Shown piece after piece: positions 60,475-64,000 of a DNA stretch of 64,000 bases. The stretch spans positions 38,786 to 102,785 of the forward strand of contig JANMQY010000061.1 of the NCBI GenBank assembly GCA_031370785.1. Direction: 5' to 3'. Under the pieces are notes generated by a model. It had not been told where the DNA came from. It saw only the letters and a list, made by a program, of their open reading frames with translations, and did no database searches. Position 1 is the stretch's first letter, and each line of letters opens with the position of its first letter. A program made the translations under genes and the position numbers. The stretch is from Candidatus Eiseniibacteriota bacterium (lineage in GTDB: Bacteria > Eisenbacteria > RBG-16-71-46).

Positions 60475-62103
60475 CTAGCGCCGCGCGGGCGGCCCCGCCC
60501 GGTTCGCGACCCGGGGCTCGGCCGATCCGGCCGCTCCCGGCGCCGGAACGTGCCAGATACGGATGCCTTCGAGTCGCCAGCGTCCGGCGTCCGGATATCT
60601 CGCTTCGAACCGGCGAACGAAGTTGCCCGCCGGGTCCTGATCCTCGGAACGACTCAGCACCACCCACCTGCCGTTCGCGCCGACCATCGCCTGCTGCAGC
60701 TCGAGATCGAGCCGCGCGGGATCCGCCGCGTAGCCCAGCCAGAACGACTCGATCGGAAGCGGCCCACGATAATAGTAGAACAGCTCGTCCGCGGTATTGA
60801 CCGCGAGCACTTTCTCGCCGGCCACGGCGCTTCGTGTGATGAGGGCGGTGGCAGCCCGGTAGTCCTCCTTGCCGTAGCGCGGATCGAAGTAGAGCACCCA
60901 GAGCGACCGCAGCCAGAGCGCGAACACCACGCCGGCGAGCAACCCGCGCATTCGCGGGCGCAGGTCGGCGAATGCAGCGGCCAGCACCAGCACGAACATC
61001 GGAAACGCCACCGCCAGGTAGCGCGGATGGAAGACCTTGAAGTTCGCGACCGCGAACCAGCACACCACCGCGAGCGGCGGGCCCAGCCACAGCAGCGCCT
61101 CGCCGAGACGGCCGCGCCGGCGAAGCGCCATGAAGCCGAGCACGCCCAGCGTGCCGAAGGCGAGCGCCACCACCACGATTCCCGGCGCGTGGCGGCGCAC
61201 CGTCGCGGCCGAATGATCGGCCCGCAGCTCGCGCAGCGATGGCCCGAGCGTGTAGCCCACCGCAAAGGCGTGCGCCGCGAACGGCACCGCGGCGGTGTGA
61301 AAGGTGGTGGCGCCGCGCAGCGGGGTCTCGCTGTGCTCGATCGAGCGCCCCGGGTGCAGGCGCTGCCAGTCCCAGATGCGCGCGGCCTGCGGCGCCCAGG
61401 GAAGGGCCGCAGCCATCACCAGCGGAGCGACCAGTGCCGCGATCATGCCGCGGCGGAGGCGCTCTCCACGCCGGCCGAGCGCCCACGCCAGATGCAGCGG
61501 AAACAGGAACGTGAACGAGAGGTTCGAAAGCAATCCGGCCCATGCGGTCGCGACGTACCCGATCACGCCAGGGCCGGTGAGACGCTCGCGCAGGTCCAGC
61601 ACCAGCGCTCCGCTGACGCACGCGCACAGCATCAGGAGCGAATAGTTGCGCGCCTCCTGCGAGTACCAGACGTGAAACGGCGAGAGCGCGAGCAGCCACG
61701 CCGCCCAGACCGCGACCGGCCTGCCGAGCCAACGATCGGCCAGCCACGCGATCGCCGGCACGGTCGCGACCCCGAACAGCGCGGACGGCAGACGCAGCGC
61801 CCACTCCGAATCCCCGGCCCACGCGCACCAGTAGTGCTCGATCAGGCTGAACAGCGGGCCGTGAACGTTCTCGAGCAGCTCGCTCGATCCGAAGGGCCGG
61901 CCAATGTGTGCGCTGTTCCAGGTGAGCACCTCGTCGATCCACAGACTCTGGGCGCCGAGATGGAACAGGCGCAGCCCGGCCGCCACGAGCGTGGCGGCGG
62001 CGATCATCCAGAAGTAGGCCGAGGCGGAAGGGGAAGGAGACGAAGAAGCGGTGACCGGCCGTGATCCCGACTGCGTGAGAGGCCCCGTGTGCGCTCCCGT
62101 CAG
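60475..62103 (-). CDS. GT-C fold membrane glycosyltransferase (GT39/ArnT/PMT-like)
   Basis: LRL..LG.QSLW.DE, H.PL, SEW.LRLPSA, SPFH.WYSQEAR.Y, PRY; multi-TM. Start uncertain (CTG 62103 or ATG 62007). Confidence 0.82.
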   Translation of the reverse strand: MTGAHTGPLTQSGSRPVTASSSPSPSASAYFWMIAAATLVAAGLRLFHLGAQSLWIDEVLTWNSAHIGRPFGSSELLENVHGPLFSLIEHYWCAWAGDSEWALRLPSALFGVATVPAIAWLADRWLGRPVAVWAAWLLALSPFHVWYSQEARNYSLLMLCACVSGALVLDLRERLTGPGVIGYVATAWAGLLSNLSFTFLFPLHLAWALGRRGERLRRGMIAALVAPLVMAAALPWAPQAARIWDWQRLHPGRSIEHSETPLRGATTFHTAAVPFAAHAFAVGYTLGPSLRELRADHSAATVRRHAPGIVVVALAFGTLGVLGFMALRRRGRLGEALLWLGPPLAVVCWFAVANFKVFHPRYLAVAFPMFVLVLAAAFADLRPRMRGLLAGVVFALWLRSLWVLYFDPRYGKEDYRAATALITRSAVAGEKVLAVNTADELFYYYRGPLPIESFWLGYAADPARLDLELQQAMVGANGRWVVLSRSEDQDPAGNFVRRFEARYPDAGRWRLEGIRIWHVPAPGAAGSAEPRVANRAGPPARR

Positions 62104-62996
62104 TACGCGCCCTCCCGGGACAACACGGCGGGAACGGTGCGCAGCAGAATCTTGAGATCCAGCGCGAGGGACTGATGCTTGATGTATTCGAGGTCGAGGC
62201 GCATCCACTCCTGGAAACCGATGCGGCTGCGCCCACTGATCTGCCACAGACAGGTGATGCCCGGGCGGACCTCGAGACGGCGCATCTGCCACGGCTCGTA
62301 CTGGGCGACTTCCTCCGGGATGGGCGGCCGCGGGCCGACCAGCGACATTTCGCCATTCAGCACGTTGAGGAACTGCGGGATCTCATCGAGGCTCGTGGTA
62401 CGAAGCAGGCGGCCGATGCGCGTGACGCGCGGATCGTTGCTGATCTTGAACACCGGGCCGTCGGCCTCGTTCAGGTGCGTGAGGTGATGGCGATGGCGGT
62501 CCGCGCCGTTGACCATGGAGCGCAGCTTGAAGAACGTGAACGGACGGCCGTTCCTGCCGATTCGCGTGGAGCGATAGAGCACCGGGCCCGGCGATTCCAG
62601 CTTGATCATCAACGCCAAGAACGCGAGCACCGGCGCGGTCAGCACCAACGCGACCAGCGAGCCCATCACATCGAGCAGCCGCTTGCCGCCTCGCACGTAC
62701 ATTCCTTCTTCGCGCGCGAGAACTTCGAGATTCTGGACGGGCAGCGCCACCGCGACCGTCTGCGTCCGACCGGACCAGCCGTTCGAATGCGAGTGATCGG
62801 ATCCGTTCGCGATCGGGATGGGCGCGGTCGCCGACGAAGGATGGTGTTGCATGGAACCATTCGATGAGTAGACCGGCGCAACCGTCACGTTCAAACTTTC
62901 CGCAGACATGGACCGGGCCTGGCGTTCCACCAGGCTGGACCACTCTGCTCCGCGCACCAACGAGTCACTGGGGGTAGCGAGGACGTCGGGCTCCAT
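62100..62996 (-). CDS. Priming polyprenyl-phosphate phosphoglycosyltransferase (bacterial sugar transferase domain)
   Basis: KR.LD, I.L.SPGP..Y...R.G..G..F...K.RSM, DPRVT.IG..LR.TSLDE.PQ..NVL.GEMS.VGPRP, PGIT.LWQ.SGR, DL.IL..T. Confidence 0.92.
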   Translation of the reverse strand: MEPDVLATPSDSLVRGAEWSSLVERQARSMSAESLNVTVAPVYSSNGSMQHHPSSATAPIPIANGSDHSHSNGWSGRTQTVAVALPVQNLEVLAREEGMYVRGGKRLLDVMGSLVALVLTAPVLAFLALMIKLESPGPVLYRSTRIGRNGRPFTFFKLRSMVNGADRHRHHLTHLNEADGPVFKISNDPRVTRIGRLLRTTSLDEIPQFLNVLNGEMSLVGPRPPIPEEVAQYEPWQMRRLEVRPGITCLWQISGRSRIGFQEWMRLDLEYIKHQSLALDLKILLRTVPAVLSREGAY

Positions 62997-63025
62997 GGAT
63001 GTCGCTCTCGGTTGTGTCACGCGTG

Positions 63026-63065
63026 AAAAAAAGCCGGGGGGAGAATGCACGACTCCCCTCGGCTT
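63026..63065 (-). terminator. Intrinsic terminator within the 5' leader of the glycan block
   Basis: Minus strand AAGCCGAGGGGAG-N9-CTCCCCCCGGC followed by T7, about 30 nt before the sugar-transferase ATG; one A-C mismatch in the stem. Confidence 0.75.
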
Positions 63066-63300
63066 AAAGCTCTCGCTTCATCCGGTCGAACTGGGTCGAG
63101 GAATCGTCGAGCACGAGCGACGGGGGAAACAGCAAGATGTCTATCCTCGGATGCAGGCCCTGGCGGTTCGCCAGGCAACCAGAGCGCTTGCGCGTTCTGG
63201 TTGTGTTTGGCTCGTCCTTCACCAACGAACCCAGTTATCAAGGAGTCGTCGCGTGCTCCTCCAGAATGGTGGGCGTGAATCCGTATTGAAGACGCAGGTG

Positions 63301-63329
63301 AGATTAGCAAAGGCCTGACAGCGAATCAA
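63301..63329 (-). promoter_or_regulatory. Sigma70-type promoter for the glycan block leader
   Basis: TTGATT-17 bp-TAATCT with extended -10 TG. Confidence 0.7.
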
Positions 63330-63481
63330 GAGCCTGAATGAGCGGTCTCGGGGCGGCCGACCGGCCGGCCCTGGCAACCCATCGGTGTGCTATTCTTCCG
63401 CGCCTCCATGCCGCCGATCCTCCTCCTCATCATTGAAGCCGTACGCCCCCGCCCGAGTGGGGCTTTGACCGTGGTACCTGG

Positions 63482-64000
63482 ATGTCTGGAGACCCTTTGG
63501 TGACCTTCTGGCTGGCCCTGCCGGCGTACAACGAGGAGCGCTCACTTCCCGCCCTGCTCGAACGTTGCGTCCCTTTGGCCCGGACCCTGGAGGGGCAGGG
63601 AGCCTGCTTGAGCGTGCTGGTAGTAGATGACGGTAGCAAGGACGGCACCATCGCTGCGGCAAGGACCTTCGAGGGGCGTCTTCCCATCGAAGTCGTGCCG
63701 CACATGGTCAATCGCGGGCTCGGCGCCGCCCTGCGCACCGGCCTCACCGAGGCCCTCAAGCGCGCCGCCGACACCGACGTGATCGCTACCATGGACGCCG
63801 ACAACACCCACGATCCGGGCCTGCTGCCCGAGATGTACCGCCGCATGCAGGAAGGCCCCGCCGATCTCGTGATCGCCTCACGCTATGCGGCGGGGGGCGA
63901 TGAGATCGGGCTGACCACGCTGCGCAAGGTGCTGTCGCGCGGCGCCAGCTTCCTTCTGACCCTGCTCACCCCGGTGAGCGGCGCGCGCGACTATACGTGC
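63482..64000 (+). CDS. Glycosyltransferase family 2, polyprenol-phosphate sugar synthase (DPM1-like); runs off the window
   Basis: Not in ORF track (no stop). Translates MSGDPLVTFWLALPAYNEE...VVDDGSKDGT...NRGLGAALRTG...MDADNTHDP...DLVIASRY...RKVLS...DYTC. Confidence 0.88.
   Translation, partial: MSGDPLVTFWLALPAYNEERSLPALLERCVPLARTLEGQGACLSVLVVDDGSKDGTIAAARTFEGRLPIEVVPHMVNRGLGAALRTGLTEALKRAADTDVIATMDADNTHDPGLLPEMYRRMQEGPADLVIASRYAAGGDEIGLTTLRKVLSRGASFLLTLLTPVSGARDYTC

Noticed and set aside
63017..63318. Short ORFs across the glycan-block leader (63017-63310 minus, 63045-63278 plus)
   Set aside because: No RBS, atypical codon use, and one begins inside the predicted promoter; RNA structure explains the region better.

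Overview
High-GC (roughly 70% by eye) bacterial chromosome segment, densely coding, with no CRISPR array, rRNA, prophage or intact transposase seen. Gene content (S8 protease with a FlgD/T9SS-like C-terminal domain, DUF2911, DUF4301, PIG-L/SSS cluster) suggests an FCB-related lineage such as Ca. Eisenbacteria; this is inference only. In order: end of a BTAD regulator plus secreted S8 protease; structured intergenic RNA; orphan ABC peptide-binding protein; cytochrome b plus sulfite-oxidase-family Mo enzyme; AI-2E transporter; dienelactone hydrolase; TetR-RND efflux operon; FabH-like enzyme; frameshifted DinB remnant; msrA/VOC; a signalling operon (type-1-copper cupredoxin, histidine kinase, Cys-less YfiR, hybrid kinase, hypothetical; three products end in -AA); aquaporin; DinB; M32 carboxypeptidase; DUF2911; M16-M16-PIG-L-SSS operon; lipid desaturation genes; tRNA-Gly-folE-GT2-Cys-less TrxR-DUF4301 operon; aspartate kinase; and a ~17 kb minus-strand glycan/glycogen block. 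Best novelty candidates: (1) a ~300-nt structured leader with terminator/antiterminator ahead of the glycan block, (2) the cupredoxin-YfiR-kinase signalling module, (3) the tRNA-led folE/GT2/reductase/DUF4301 operon, (4) a rod-plus-pseudoknot RNA at 2909-3040. Start codons were chosen by eye from RBS and gene overlap and may shift.
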